Assembly: GCA_002413325.1 (NCBI GenBank) | Contig: DHWT01000323.1 | Coordinates: 1 to 39,670 of the forward strand | Source: Chitinophagaceae bacterium UBA5175 | Lineage (GTDB): Bacteria; Bacteroidota; Bacteroidia; Chitinophagales; Chitinophagaceae | DNA: 39,670 nucleotides | Direction: 5' to 3' | Shown: positions 8,715-17,719 of the stretch, piece by piece | Layout: every line of letters starts with the position of its first letter | Numbering within the stretch: position 1 is the stretch's first letter | Notes under the pieces: generated by a model | Seen by the model: the letters and a program-made list of their open reading frames with translations, nothing else | Database searches by the model: none | What the model was told of the DNA's origin: nothing | Program-made: the position numbers and the translations under genes

Positions 8715-9838
8715 CAACACTTTTTGCTCCAGCTTTCCAATCCTTTTTCTGCCAGTTGTACACCCTTAACACCTTCGCGCATATCCCAGGGAAAAGGATC
8801 TCCCTTCACAACGTGTTTTAGAAATAGTTCCCATTGCACTTTGAAAGCATTATCATAATTTTCCTGTTCAGGAACTTTTGCCCAACCCTCAAAGAAATTA
8901 ATGGGTTGTGGAATATCCGGGTTCCAAACCGGTTTAGGTGTGTTGCCATAATGCTGAATATAACATTCACGCAATCCGGCTACAGCAGATCCTTCGGTTC
9001 CGTCAACCTGCAGTGTTAATAAATCATCCCGCCTTACTCTCACCGTCCAGGAAGAATTAAACTGGGCAATGATGCCACCCTCCAGTTCGAATGTTGCATA
9101 AGCTGCATCGTCTGCGGTAGCCTTATAAGACTTCCCTTCTTCATCAAATCTTTCCGGGATATGTGTAGCCCCAAGACATGAAACCGCTTTTACTTTGCCA
9201 AACACGTTGTCGAGCAGGTAACGCCAGTGACAGAGCATATCTACAATAATACCTCCATCCTGTTCTTTTCGATAGTTCCAGGATGGTCTTTGAGCCGGAA
9301 TAGAATCGCCTTCAAATACCCAATATCCAAACTCACCCCTCACAGACAGGATCTTACCGAAAAACCCCTGTTGAATCAGACGCTTTAATTTTAAAATACC
9401 GGGAAGCCATAGTTTATCCTGTACCACGCCGTTTTTTATATTATGCTCTTTACACAGGCGGTACAATTCCATCGCCCGTTTTGTGTCTGTTTCTATGGGT
9501 TTTTCACAATAAATATGCTTTCCTGCCTTTACCGCTTTCCGGATTCCTTCCGCCCTTCTGCCCGTAATTTGTGCGTCGAAGTAAATAACATTGCCCGGAT
9601 CAGCCAGGGCCTGATCCAGATCGGTACCCATTTTTTTTACACCGGACATCCTGCAAAGCTTTTTTAATTTGTTTTCATCACGACCGATCAATACCGGATC
9701 AGGCATTATGGTTTCACCGGGACCTATTCTTACACCACCCTGCTTTATTATTTCTGCAATAGACCGCATTAAATGCTGATTCGTTCCCATGCGTCCGGTA
9801 ACGCCGTTCATGATGACACCAATTTTATGCTCTGTCAT
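8693..9838 (-). CDS. Gfo/Idh/MocA family oxidoreductase
   Basis: NGVTGRMG, HIYCEKP, GGIIVDMLCH. Confidence 0.93.
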   Translation of the reverse strand: MTEHKIGVIMNGVTGRMGTNQHLMRSIAEIIKQGGVRIGPGETIMPDPVLIGRDENKLKKLCRMSGVKKMGTDLDQALADPGNVIYFDAQITGRRAEGIRKAVKAGKHIYCEKPIETDTKRAMELYRLCKEHNIKNGVVQDKLWLPGILKLKRLIQQGFFGKILSVRGEFGYWVFEGDSIPAQRPSWNYRKEQDGGIIVDMLCHWRYLLDNVFGKVKAVSCLGATHIPERFDEEGKSYKATADDAAYATFELEGGIIAQFNSSWTVRVRRDDLLTLQVDGTEGSAVAGLRECYIQHYGNTPKPVWNPDIPQPINFFEGWAKVPEQENYDNAFKVQWELFLKHVVKGDPFPWDMREGVKGVQLAEKGLESWSKKCWVDIPEL

Positions 9839-9863
9839 AGTTTAACTATTATCAGCCCTGTTT

Positions 9864-10697
9864 TTAAGAATTTTCTTTATATGCTTTAATAACCTTCTGA
9901 AGGTACTCAGATTGGTTGTCTTTCCAGTGTGACGTAGAAAAAATTTCAACCTCATTAAATCCGGTGAACCCCGCGGCCTCCACCCATGATCTGATTTGCT
10001 TAACCGGGATACAACCTTCGCCCATCAACCCGCGATCCAGCAGCATATCCGTTGTTGGCAGTTTCCAGTCACAGATATGGAATGCCATCAGGTGACCGCT
10101 TTCTCCGCAGCGCTTTATTTCTTTCTCAAGAGACGGATCCCACCAGACATGGTAGACATCAACAGCCACACCCACCCAGGGTGAATTGATTTCTCCGGCC
10201 ATATCATTGGCCTGTTTCATCGTATTGATGGCCGAACGTGTGTCAGCATACATAGGATGCAAGGGTTCAATGGCAAGCTTAATTTTTGCTGCTGATGCAT
10301 GCGGAATCAGTTCGTTGACAGCATCCTGAATCTGTTTCCGCGAATCCCCTAAACTTTGGGAAGGATCAGCGCCACAGACAAGCACCAACATCGGAGCTCC
10401 AAGCCCAGCAGCTTCATCAATTGCCTTCCGGTTATCATCCATGGCCAATTTTCTTTTATTTAAATCCTTGTGTGCGAAAAATCCACCCCTGCATAGCGAT
10501 ACAATCGTTAAGTCATGATCGAGTAATAACTGACCAGTCTGTTTGATATTTCTTCCGTCCAGTGCATCACGCCAGACTGAAATGCCCTTGACCCCCGCAG
10601 CTGAAAAATGCGAAGCAGCTTCTTCTATATTCCAGGGCTTCGTCGTAATGGTGTGAATGCACAATCTGGAAATATCTTTATCGTCTTTAGAATCCAT
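9864..10697 (-). CDS. Sugar phosphate isomerase/epimerase (xylose isomerase-like TIM barrel)
   Basis: LAIEPLHP, VDVYHVWWD, FHICD, RGLMGEG, EVEIF metal-binding residues. Confidence 0.9.
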   Translation of the reverse strand: MDSKDDKDISRLCIHTITTKPWNIEEAASHFSAAGVKGISVWRDALDGRNIKQTGQLLLDHDLTIVSLCRGGFFAHKDLNKRKLAMDDNRKAIDEAAGLGAPMLVLVCGADPSQSLGDSRKQIQDAVNELIPHASAAKIKLAIEPLHPMYADTRSAINTMKQANDMAGEINSPWVGVAVDVYHVWWDPSLEKEIKRCGESGHLMAFHICDWKLPTTDMLLDRGLMGEGCIPVKQIRSWVEAAGFTGFNEVEIFSTSHWKDNQSEYLQKVIKAYKENS

Positions 10698-12073
10698 TAT
10701 ATGTTGAAAAAGGTATGATATGTTTCATTATTGATCACCCGTTGAATGTAAAGGGCCGCTTCACGGACATGATAATCCCCCCACATACTGGATTCACCAT
10801 TTGGGATTTTACTTCCCTGAGGTATATAATCCCATCCATTTGGCCGATGATAAATGGAATGCAACAACAATCCCTGATGCGTTTTACCGGTGCTCAGGTA
10901 AGGCTCATCCAAAATGGTATTTAGTACGGTAAGACCTGCCTGCCAGTAACGATCGCCAGCCGCTGCCTCCCCTTTTTGCTGAAGAAATCTTCCGAATCTC
11001 AACAATCCCTGTGCTGCAATAGCTGCCGCCGAACTGTCAACCGGCTCAAAATCATTAAACGGATCAGCCGGTTTATTCAAATAATCCCCCAGCTTATACA
11101 GATCAGGGGCCCCGGTATCCCAATAGGGCACACCATCGGCCGGGCAGTTGTTTATGTAGAAATCGCAGACAGCCCGGGCTGCCTTTATCAAAATGGGCAA
11201 AATATCTTTCTTTATATTCAGGGCATTGATATCTGCCTCTTTAACAGAATCAAACGATTCAATTTCTTCAGCGAATCCACAGATGGCCCATGCCAGGCCT
11301 CTTGTCCAGGTGGTAAACGCCGAGTACCCCTGCTGGGAATTCGGACAACGAAAATTTCCGTCATTTACATTGAAGATGCTTTCGTGTGCTGTTCGCCCCC
11401 AAACGTCGTATGCATCACGACCCTCCCCATAAAATATTGAATAGTTTGCTGTCGCCTTCATATGTTCAACAGCACGTTCCAATAAACTGATCTGCTGATC
11501 GCCCTCCGACTGCAGGGTGTGCCCCAGGCAATGGCTAAGGATCAGGGAACGGCAGGAACGGAGCGTGTCAACAAAAAGTGAGTGAGGCCCGTTGAATGAA
11601 TAAATATAACCTCCGCCTTTAATTGTCGTCCACCGCCTGGCCTGGACGGCTCCCGATATTTTTAATGCCAGTGAATAAAAATGGCTTTCCCATTCATTGA
11701 AAGCTATTTTACCTTCTTTCATCAAACGGAGCAGATTGCCATACGTGCTCACATTGTTAAATCCATGATCATGCACACCCATATGACTGACATGTGGCGC
11801 CATTGACTCAACCGTTTTCCTGCGCCCCATTTCAAGAACCGCTTTTTCACCTGTTGCATCATATTGAAGAATCATGGATCCATACAGAAATCCCTGGGTC
11901 CATTCTGTCCATCCCCTGGTAATATATTTACCCTGACTTGTAAAAACCGGTGAACCTTTTGAAACATCATAATTATTTTCAATCCCGTGAATTTTTTCTC
12001 CTGACAGCTGCCAGAATCTCCTGAGTTTGCCAGCCAGACCGGATGGTTGTAAGGTTAGATCGATTTTTATCAT
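10697..12073 (-). CDS. Glycoside hydrolase family 88-like (unsaturated uronyl hydrolase-like)
   Basis: WTQGF, HDHGF, QGY...TWTRGLAW, VPYWD, DSSAAAIAA, WGDY. Confidence 0.85.
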   Translation of the reverse strand: MIKIDLTLQPSGLAGKLRRFWQLSGEKIHGIENNYDVSKGSPVFTSQGKYITRGWTEWTQGFLYGSMILQYDATGEKAVLEMGRRKTVESMAPHVSHMGVHDHGFNNVSTYGNLLRLMKEGKIAFNEWESHFYSLALKISGAVQARRWTTIKGGGYIYSFNGPHSLFVDTLRSCRSLILSHCLGHTLQSEGDQQISLLERAVEHMKATANYSIFYGEGRDAYDVWGRTAHESIFNVNDGNFRCPNSQQGYSAFTTWTRGLAWAICGFAEEIESFDSVKEADINALNIKKDILPILIKAARAVCDFYINNCPADGVPYWDTGAPDLYKLGDYLNKPADPFNDFEPVDSSAAAIAAQGLLRFGRFLQQKGEAAAGDRYWQAGLTVLNTILDEPYLSTGKTHQGLLLHSIYHRPNGWDYIPQGSKIPNGESSMWGDYHVREAALYIQRVINNETYHTFFNI

Positions 12074-12090
12074 GGTGCCAGGCCGATTAA

Positions 12091-12759
12091 CTACGATTTT
12101 ATTTTCTTCACAGCGATTCCCCCTTCAAACTGAACGATCCATTTGCCGGGTTCGTCTCTTAAGGATTGGTCATACATGGCCTTCGCTACGGCTGCTCCCG
12201 AAACACTGCGGTATTTTTTCCATTTGCCAATCAACAGGTGGTTTAGGATTTTAAACAGTTCTTCAAAAAACACTTCACCGAAACGTGTTTCATATTCCCT
12301 TCCTGTGAGCATCGACGGTTCGTACATGAATGACGAGTAAAAATTCAAAGCGCTGATGTCCCTTTCGGTTTCACCTTTCAATTTTATGTAAAAAGTTCCC
12401 GAGTTCGGGTTTGCACCAATGGAAGAGACCAGGTGAAATTGTTTTACTCCATTCGCCTTTGCCAACTTCGCGAGACGGAGCGGATAATCGTGGTCTATCT
12501 TATAGTATGTATTGCGGTCGGGCGTTTTCTTCCTCGTTGTGCCCAGGCAGGAAAATACTGCGTCTCCGGTGATTGAAAGCGAATGATTTTCGATCTGGTC
12601 AAAATCTACAACGAGCTGGGTCAGTTTTGGATGTGTGATATCCAGTTTCTTCCGGACAAGGATCAGCACCTCATCATATGTATCAGATGACAGCAAAATA
12701 TCCATCAGCTGACTACCAATCAGGCCGGTGGCCCCGGCAACGATCGCCTTTTTTCCCAT
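12091..12759 (-). CDS. NAD(P)H-binding oxidoreductase (TIP30/HTATIP2-like atypical SDR)
   Basis: GATGLIG, SCLGTT, VSSIGA, FYIKLKGETE. Confidence 0.88.
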   Translation of the reverse strand: MGKKAIVAGATGLIGSQLMDILLSSDTYDEVLILVRKKLDITHPKLTQLVVDFDQIENHSLSITGDAVFSCLGTTRKKTPDRNTYYKIDHDYPLRLAKLAKANGVKQFHLVSSIGANPNSGTFYIKLKGETERDISALNFYSSFMYEPSMLTGREYETRFGEVFFEELFKILNHLLIGKWKKYRSVSGAAVAKAMYDQSLRDEPGKWIVQFEGGIAVKKIKS

Positions 12760-12793
12760 GGTTTCAAGTTAATAAAAAATTCCGGCTGGTGGG

Positions 12794-13018
12794 TGTATGT
12801 CGTCAGAAGAAAGTGTACTTTTTGCCAGTGAGTGTTTCATTTGTTTAAGTTAATAGTAATTTTTTAGTTTTTTAGGGTTAGGATTAAATATTGTTCAGTT
12901 TTTCGGTAGCGTACAAGGCTCTTCGAATCATCATATTTTGGATTTTGATTTTTTCTCTGCGGCGCAGGATTTGTTCCTGCCTTCCAAAATACACATCTGC
13001 CGGAGTAAGGTTATTGAG
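12794..13018 (-). mobile_element. IS remnant (DDE transposase C-terminus, IS3/IS481-type, plus probable terminal IR)
   Basis: 13018..12884 reads LNNLTPADVYFGRQEQILRRREKIKIQNMMIRRALYATEKLNNI*, a typical transposase C-terminus; TGTATGTCGTCAGAAG at 12794 resembles an IS end. Confidence 0.7.
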
Positions 13019-13025
13019 CCTTCAC

Positions 13026-13496
13026 TTAATAAAAATCATCAATCCTTTCATGCAGGCTGAGCCTCAGCGAGTCCAGGTATTTGGTGTAACCCGTCTTGCG
13101 GGCGAGGATCTGCTGAAAGGTACGGGAGGTGTTGCCCAGGTCTACATTACCCATTTTTCCGAGACCAGCCAGGATTTTACTAACGGGTGCGTTGCCGTTG
13201 TTGAATGAGCCATGGGCTTTCATGGCATATCCCAGTTCGGTGAGGTAGACCTTGGATGCGGTAAAAACCAGGCCGGTTTCGCCGGGTTGAAAGATGTGCT
13301 GAATGAGATTTTCGCGAAGTTTCTCCAGGCGGTCGATGGTTTTACAGATCAGTTCCGGATAACTGGCGGGCATCCAGGTTTCGAGCTGGAGATTTTGCTG
13401 AAGGCATTTCAGTTCGTAGAGTATCTCGCGAATCGTTTCAAATGCATTCGCGGTCTGGTAATTACCGTTATCCGGTTTTTCAGGGTTGGTGAGCAT
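13026..13496 (-). CDS. rteC: RteC domain-containing regulator
   Basis: FTASKVYLTELGYA..GSFNNG, VDLGNTSRTFQQILARK..TKYLDSL match the RteC C-terminal domain of Bacteroides conjugative transposons. Confidence 0.8.
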   Translation of the reverse strand: MLTNPEKPDNGNYQTANAFETIREILYELKCLQQNLQLETWMPASYPELICKTIDRLEKLRENLIQHIFQPGETGLVFTASKVYLTELGYAMKAHGSFNNGNAPVSKILAGLGKMGNVDLGNTSRTFQQILARKTGYTKYLDSLRLSLHERIDDFY

Positions 13497-13607
13497 AAGA
13501 CGGGTGTTTTTGATGGTTGTGTAAAAATGTTATTCCTCTTTGCTTTCTGAAAGTACAGAACTAATCTAGGGCATTCCACCTGATAAAAATGCGAGTCTGT
13601 CCGACTA

Positions 13608-13757
13608 TTTATTTTCCAGGATCCAGGGAAATACGGGCCAGATAGCGGACACGGTTTTATTTAAAAAACCCAGGGAAAACAGGGTTCCCCGATCGTACCC
13701 CTTTTATTTTTTAAATATCAGGGAAATACAGGCCGCCCGATCGTACGCCTTTTATTC
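13608..13757. repeat. Three degenerate 47-48-bp direct repeats between divergent rteC and ECF sigma genes
   Basis: CAGGGAAA at 13624, 13671, 13719, each followed by a CGATCGTAC-like block (exact in units 2 and 3) and TTTTATT. Confidence 0.75.
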
Positions 13758-13919
13758 CCCGCAAAATGACCGTCTTTTCACTTTGTATATTTTTTGTTTG
13801 TACTTTTTCAAAAGTTTTTGTTGCAACAAAAACGGGTTGATCCGGATCCTGTCCGTTATCTTCTGAGAACCCGCCGGAATCGTGATGGATTGCATTTTTT
13901 TACACGTAATCATCATTCT

Positions 13920-14498
13920 ATGCAACCCTTAACAAAAAATCAAATATTGCGTGGATTCAACAGAGGGGAAGAAAGAGCCCGCCATGCGATCTACGGGCTC
14001 TACCACGATGCGCTTTTAGTTATGACGAGAAGAATTACACGCGATTCCTCCAGCGCCGAGGACCTGGTAAACGATACTTTCGAAGTATTATATAAATCCA
14101 ATAGAAATTTTGCAGAGATCAGCCTTTTACGTGACTTCCTGTTTCAGACTGGCAAAAATATCTGTATCGATCATTTGAGAGACCAGGAGCTGGAGCAAAA
14201 AAAATATGCGGAATTGAGGGAGCGTCATTCGTATTCGGAGGAAGATTTTTACGCCGATATAACTTATAGTGAAACCAGGGCGCTTATTTTTAAAAGCATC
14301 GAGGCCCTTCCTGAAAAATTAAAAATCGTTTTCCGGCTCCGGTATTTCGATGATCTGTCGAATGAAGCCGTGGCCGAACGCCTGCATATCGCTGTAAAAA
14401 CTGCCTATAACCGCTACTCCGAAGCCAGACAAAAGCTGAAGTGGGACCTGGAACAGGCGAAACGTTTTACTCTTTACCTTTTAAATCTTTTGTTATGA
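13920..14498 (+). CDS. ECF-type RNA polymerase sigma-70 factor
   Basis: Likely start ATG 13920; AEDLVNDTF (region 2), KNICIDHLR, IEALPEK..VFRLRYFDDLSNEAVAERLHI (region 4). Confidence 0.92.
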   Translation: MQPLTKNQILRGFNRGEERARHAIYGLYHDALLVMTRRITRDSSSAEDLVNDTFEVLYKSNRNFAEISLLRDFLFQTGKNICIDHLRDQELEQKKYAELRERHSYSEEDFYADITYSETRALIFKSIEALPEKLKIVFRLRYFDDLSNEAVAERLHIAVKTAYNRYSEARQKLKWDLEQAKRFTLYLLNLLL

Positions 14499-15517
14499 AT
14501 ACTACCGAACGAACAGGCAGGCTCATATTCCTTTATATACGCAACGAATTAAGTAAAAAAGAACAAGTCGAATTAGAAGCCTGGCGCAATCATTCTCCCA
14601 TAAACGAAAAGACATTCCAGGAGGCGACAGATCCTGAAAAAATCCGGGCTGATCTGAAAGCGCTTGAAGACAGCCGGACCAGCCGTCTTGAGAAAATGCC
14701 GATGGCATCCATTGCAACAAAACCTGCCTCCCGGTCTGTTATCCGCCGAATCGGAATCCGGATCCTAAAGGTTGCAGCAGCTGTTCTGCTGCTATTTTTC
14801 ACTTTTGCGGGGGTTGCCATCTACCGGTTTGTAACGGCGCATAAGCATCCTGCAATGGATTCGGAAGACCACCTGGCTGCCGTGGTTGATTTTTCCGATC
14901 TGCTTAATAATACGACTTTCAGCCGCGGATTCCTTGCCGGCTTTGCGGCGGTTGATATCCGGGAAGGATCGAATGGCTGGTTAACCGGGAATGTGCCCAA
15001 TACGGGCAGAATGGCAAAGAATGTCTATTTCAGACTCTTCACTTCCGATGGAAATCGATTGTTGCTGAATTTTTCAGATAGCACCCATATCTGGCTGAAT
15101 TCAAATGCCACTATTAAATACCCGTCCTGGCAACGCACCGATTCGATACGAATTTTCCTGAGCGGGGAAGCCTATATACATATTCCTTCCGGAACGAAAC
15201 ATATTTACCAGGTAAAAATTTCACCACCCGTCGACAGCACAACACCTTCGGCGTTCCGGGAGGCCGTTGCCGATAAGACCAGTCGCAGTATGTATCTGTT
15301 TTCCAGCGGCGGGGATTTTTATCTGAAAGCCTATTTTGGCAGTGACGTTACTGAGGCCACACTGATCAGCGGATCCCTACGCATCGATTCTGCTGCCGGA
15401 AAATCCATAACGCCGGTTACCCTGGAACCCGGACAGCAGGCAAGGCTGGATTCGGGGGCCCTGCAGATTCTAAAGCCTGAACATATAAGTGATTTATGGT
15501 CCTGGAAAAACCCATAA
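14495..15517 (+). CDS. FecR-family anti-sigma factor (short C-terminus)
   Basis: ATGA overlap with sigma gene; ELSKKEQVELEAW, TM helix, FSDSTHIWLNSNATIKYP, LSGEAY, LEPGQQA. Confidence 0.85.
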   Translation: MNTTERTGRLIFLYIRNELSKKEQVELEAWRNHSPINEKTFQEATDPEKIRADLKALEDSRTSRLEKMPMASIATKPASRSVIRRIGIRILKVAAAVLLLFFTFAGVAIYRFVTAHKHPAMDSEDHLAAVVDFSDLLNNTTFSRGFLAGFAAVDIREGSNGWLTGNVPNTGRMAKNVYFRLFTSDGNRLLLNFSDSTHIWLNSNATIKYPSWQRTDSIRIFLSGEAYIHIPSGTKHIYQVKISPPVDSTTPSAFREAVADKTSRSMYLFSSGGDFYLKAYFGSDVTEATLISGSLRIDSAAGKSITPVTLEPGQQARLDSGALQILKPEHISDLWSWKNP

Positions 15518-15563
15518 TACAAGGAGGGAAGTATGGAAATGTGGAAGTATGGGTGTATTTAAA

Positions 15564-15593
15564 AGGAAAACCCCGCCGTGGCGGGGAGTTCCT
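15564..15593. terminator. Probable bidirectional intrinsic terminator
   Basis: AGGAAAA-CCCCGC-CGTG-GCGGGG-AGTTCCT hairpin between convergent genes. Confidence 0.7.
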
Positions 15594-15614
15594 TGTAAAC
15601 ACCATTTTCAGGTG

Positions 15615-15827
15615 TCATTTTGTATCCGTCGGAACAGCGATCTGACTCACTGCACTCAGCACGGTTCCCGCAACAGCGAGGTAACCGGCAATCGTTGTAA
15701 CGATTGCGGGCAGGGCAACGGGTGTGGCGACGAGCGCGGCACTTACCGCGGCAAGCACCAGCCCGATGTTCCTCAGCTTTTGAAAGAACGTGGGCGTCGG
15801 TGACAGCAGTCTTTCAACAATGGACAT
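15615..15827 (-). CDS. Small two-TM holin-like membrane protein
   Basis: 70 aa, SPTPTFFQKLRNIG followed by two hydrophobic segments; 1-nt overlap with the upstream gene. Confidence 0.7.
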   Translation of the reverse strand: MSIVERLLSPTPTFFQKLRNIGLVLAAVSAALVATPVALPAIVTTIAGYLAVAGTVLSAVSQIAVPTDTK

Positions 15828-16228
15828 TACGTATCCTTTTTAATGGTTAAAAAAACGGGTTTACGCTGGTCGAGGACGGCGAATACCAGTGCGGTCAGCT
15901 TTTTAAAAGCGGCCCTGGAGCCGGTACCTGTTCCCGGACCAGTTAAAAATGAAACCGGAGCGATGCAGCCTTTCAGTTCATGCAGTGCATCATTTGCCGG
16001 ATGTATGAGAATATAATCGCGATCTTTCACATCCATCACCTGCAAATGCCGGAGAAATGCCGGGCTCCATCTTTTTTCCAGTTCATACCTTCCTTCTGGT
16101 ATACACGAAACCTGTGCGAGGTTGTTCTTCCAGGGGAGTTCGATACCATACGATATCCGTCTGCCCTGTAAAAGAATCTTTCCATTGGTTCCCATAGGAT
16201 CATATGTTCTCAGAAGCTCCAGTTCCAT
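15827..16228 (-). CDS. DUF5675-like protein (L,D-transpeptidase/YkuD-like His-Cys motif)
   Basis: TNGKI, IELPWKNN, SCIPEGRY, ILIHPAN..ELKGCIAP; no signal peptide. Confidence 0.8.
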   Translation of the reverse strand: MELELLRTYDPMGTNGKILLQGRRISYGIELPWKNNLAQVSCIPEGRYELEKRWSPAFLRHLQVMDVKDRDYILIHPANDALHELKGCIAPVSFLTGPGTGTGSRAAFKKLTALVFAVLDQRKPVFLTIKKDT

Positions 16229-16255
16229 TTGTTGGCTTTCAATTAAGGGTTTGGA

Positions 16256-16816
16256 CTAAAGGGTTACCGTCAGCGTGCCGATATTACCCGGTAAGTCGGA
16301 TGCAACAGCCGTAATCTTCGATCCCGCCATCGCCGCATTGGCAACGGTTGCAGTGTAGATCCAGTTTTTGTTCTCATCCAGAACGGCATTCCCGGTTTCA
16401 ATCAAAGCTCCGGCTGCACTGTCGATCGTTACGACCACAGCCGTTACTTTGAAATTATCGGTCGCGTCTATCACCAGTGTATCTCCCACAGCGCCATGAT
16501 AATTGGTACTGTCGATCTGATTTACAACCGGCGACTGCGCTGCATCGGCAAGTGCCATATTATAGGCGCTCGAGCCTCTCGGTGCTGCTGCAGCATACGC
16601 TGCTTTGGTAACCGGATTCTTCATGGCAATCAGTGCATAATTCACGGATGTCTTAAACCTACTCTGAATTGCCAGACCTTCAGCCGTTGGCGGTTTGCTG
16701 CTTGCGCCCCTTTGTTTCGCCAGGATGGTTTTTCCAGCCCTTTGCCGAAAAGACCAGAGGTCTCCGACATTTCCCGAAGCGCCTGAGGTCACATAATTGT
16801 CTTTTACAAATCCCAT
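16256..16816 (-). CDS. Hypothetical protein: basic SGxxG N-terminal domain plus Ig-like beta-rich C-terminal domain
   Basis: Likely ATG 16816 (MGFVKDNYVTSGASGNVG..FRQRAGKT); C-terminus ATDNFKVTAVVVTI...ITAVASDLPGN is Ig-like; no signal peptide. Confidence 0.75.
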   Translation of the reverse strand: MGFVKDNYVTSGASGNVGDLWSFRQRAGKTILAKQRGASSKPPTAEGLAIQSRFKTSVNYALIAMKNPVTKAAYAAAAPRGSSAYNMALADAAQSPVVNQIDSTNYHGAVGDTLVIDATDNFKVTAVVVTIDSAAGALIETGNAVLDENKNWIYTATVANAAMAGSKITAVASDLPGNIGTLTVTL

Positions 16817-16855
16817 ATACTTTTTTAATGGTGAATAATCCACGATTTAAATTTG

Positions 16856-16910
16856 ATCCCGCTTAAAATCCGTCTAAGATTCGTCTAAGATTCGCTTGGA
16901 ATCTGCCCGA
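16856..16910. repeat. 11-bp-period tandem repeat (5 units)
   Basis: ATCCCGCTTAA AATCCGTCTAA GATTCGTCTAA GATTCGCTTGG AATCTGCCCGA. Confidence 0.75.
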
Positions 16911-17060
16911 ACACCATCCGGATCTAATTTGTCAACTCAAACCGCGTTTGTCTTTTACTTTTTTTCAGGCGTCGGGCCCGCTGCATTCCTCATCTAGAAT
17001 CGGCCTGCAGCATGACGCCTGTTCTTCAAAACTGCGGATTGAAATAAATTATTTTATCGC

Positions 17061-17150
17061 TGCATCATGTTGCCTCATGATGCGTCACGTTGCGTCAACT
17101 TGCTTTAGGCTGCTTCGAATTGCTTCATGTTGCTTTCATCTGCCCGATTC
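17061..17150. repeat. 10-bp-period tandem repeat (9 units, invariant TGC)
   Basis: TGCATCATGT TGCCTCATGA TGCGTCACGT TGCGTCAACT TGCTTTAGGC TGCTTCGAAT TGCTTCATGT TGCTTTCATC TGCCCGATTC. Confidence 0.9.
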
Positions 17151-17425
17151 GAAAGAAAATTTTTACCTCTTTCAACATAATCGGAAATGTCTCCGCTATC
17201 ACTTGCGCAAAAAATTGGTGCTTGATAAAAAAATTTAGGTAGTCGAAGAAATAAATCTCTCGGAGGCTCCGAAATGGATTTAAAAAAGGAATGAATATTT
17301 GTTCTGTCAAGCGAAACGCCAGTAGAAAATGAATCCATTCTTCATATGACCTCCCTCTCGTTTGCCATAGATATGGAGAATCCCCCTGGCCGTTTTTACG
17401 GCCGGGGTTTATTAAAAATCTGATT

Positions 17426-17659
17426 ATGAACAATGAAAAACCGGAAGAAATCTGGATCGATAAGCAGGAAATTATGATGCGTTTGCATATCAGTAACCGC
17501 ACACTGCAAACCTGGAGAAGTAAAGGAATTCTCCCTTTCTCGCGTATCCGAAAGAAAATTTATTACAAGGAATCAGACCTGATAAATTTATTGAATAGCC
17601 ACGTGAGGCACAATCCAAATTCGTTGACGAAGCGGACAAGGTCCGGAAATTCATCCTGA
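17426..17659 (+). CDS. Helix-turn-helix DNA-binding protein (HTH_17; excisionase/MerR-like)
   Basis: WIDKQEIMMRLHISNRTLQTWRSKGILPFSRIRKKIYYKESDL. Confidence 0.9.
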   Translation: MNNEKPEEIWIDKQEIMMRLHISNRTLQTWRSKGILPFSRIRKKIYYKESDLINLLNSHVRHNPNSLTKRTRSGNSS

Positions 17660-17719
17660 GTGAGGCAAATATTTAATTATATCTAAAACCCCAAATATTC
17701 AATATATAAAATTTATTTT

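Noticed and set aside
13608-13757. CRISPR array or guide RNA for a dCas12f-sigmaE system
   Set aside because: Repeats are degenerate without unique spacers; no Cas or TnpB-like ORF; the sigma partner is FecR-like.
15527-15558. 8-bp tandem repeat GGAAGTAT x4
   Set aside because: Short low-complexity intergenic repeat with no further support for function.
16948-17502. ORFs 16948..17238, 17105..17338 and 17125..17502
   Set aside because: They cross the repeat arrays or run antisense to the HTH gene and have no recognisable motifs.
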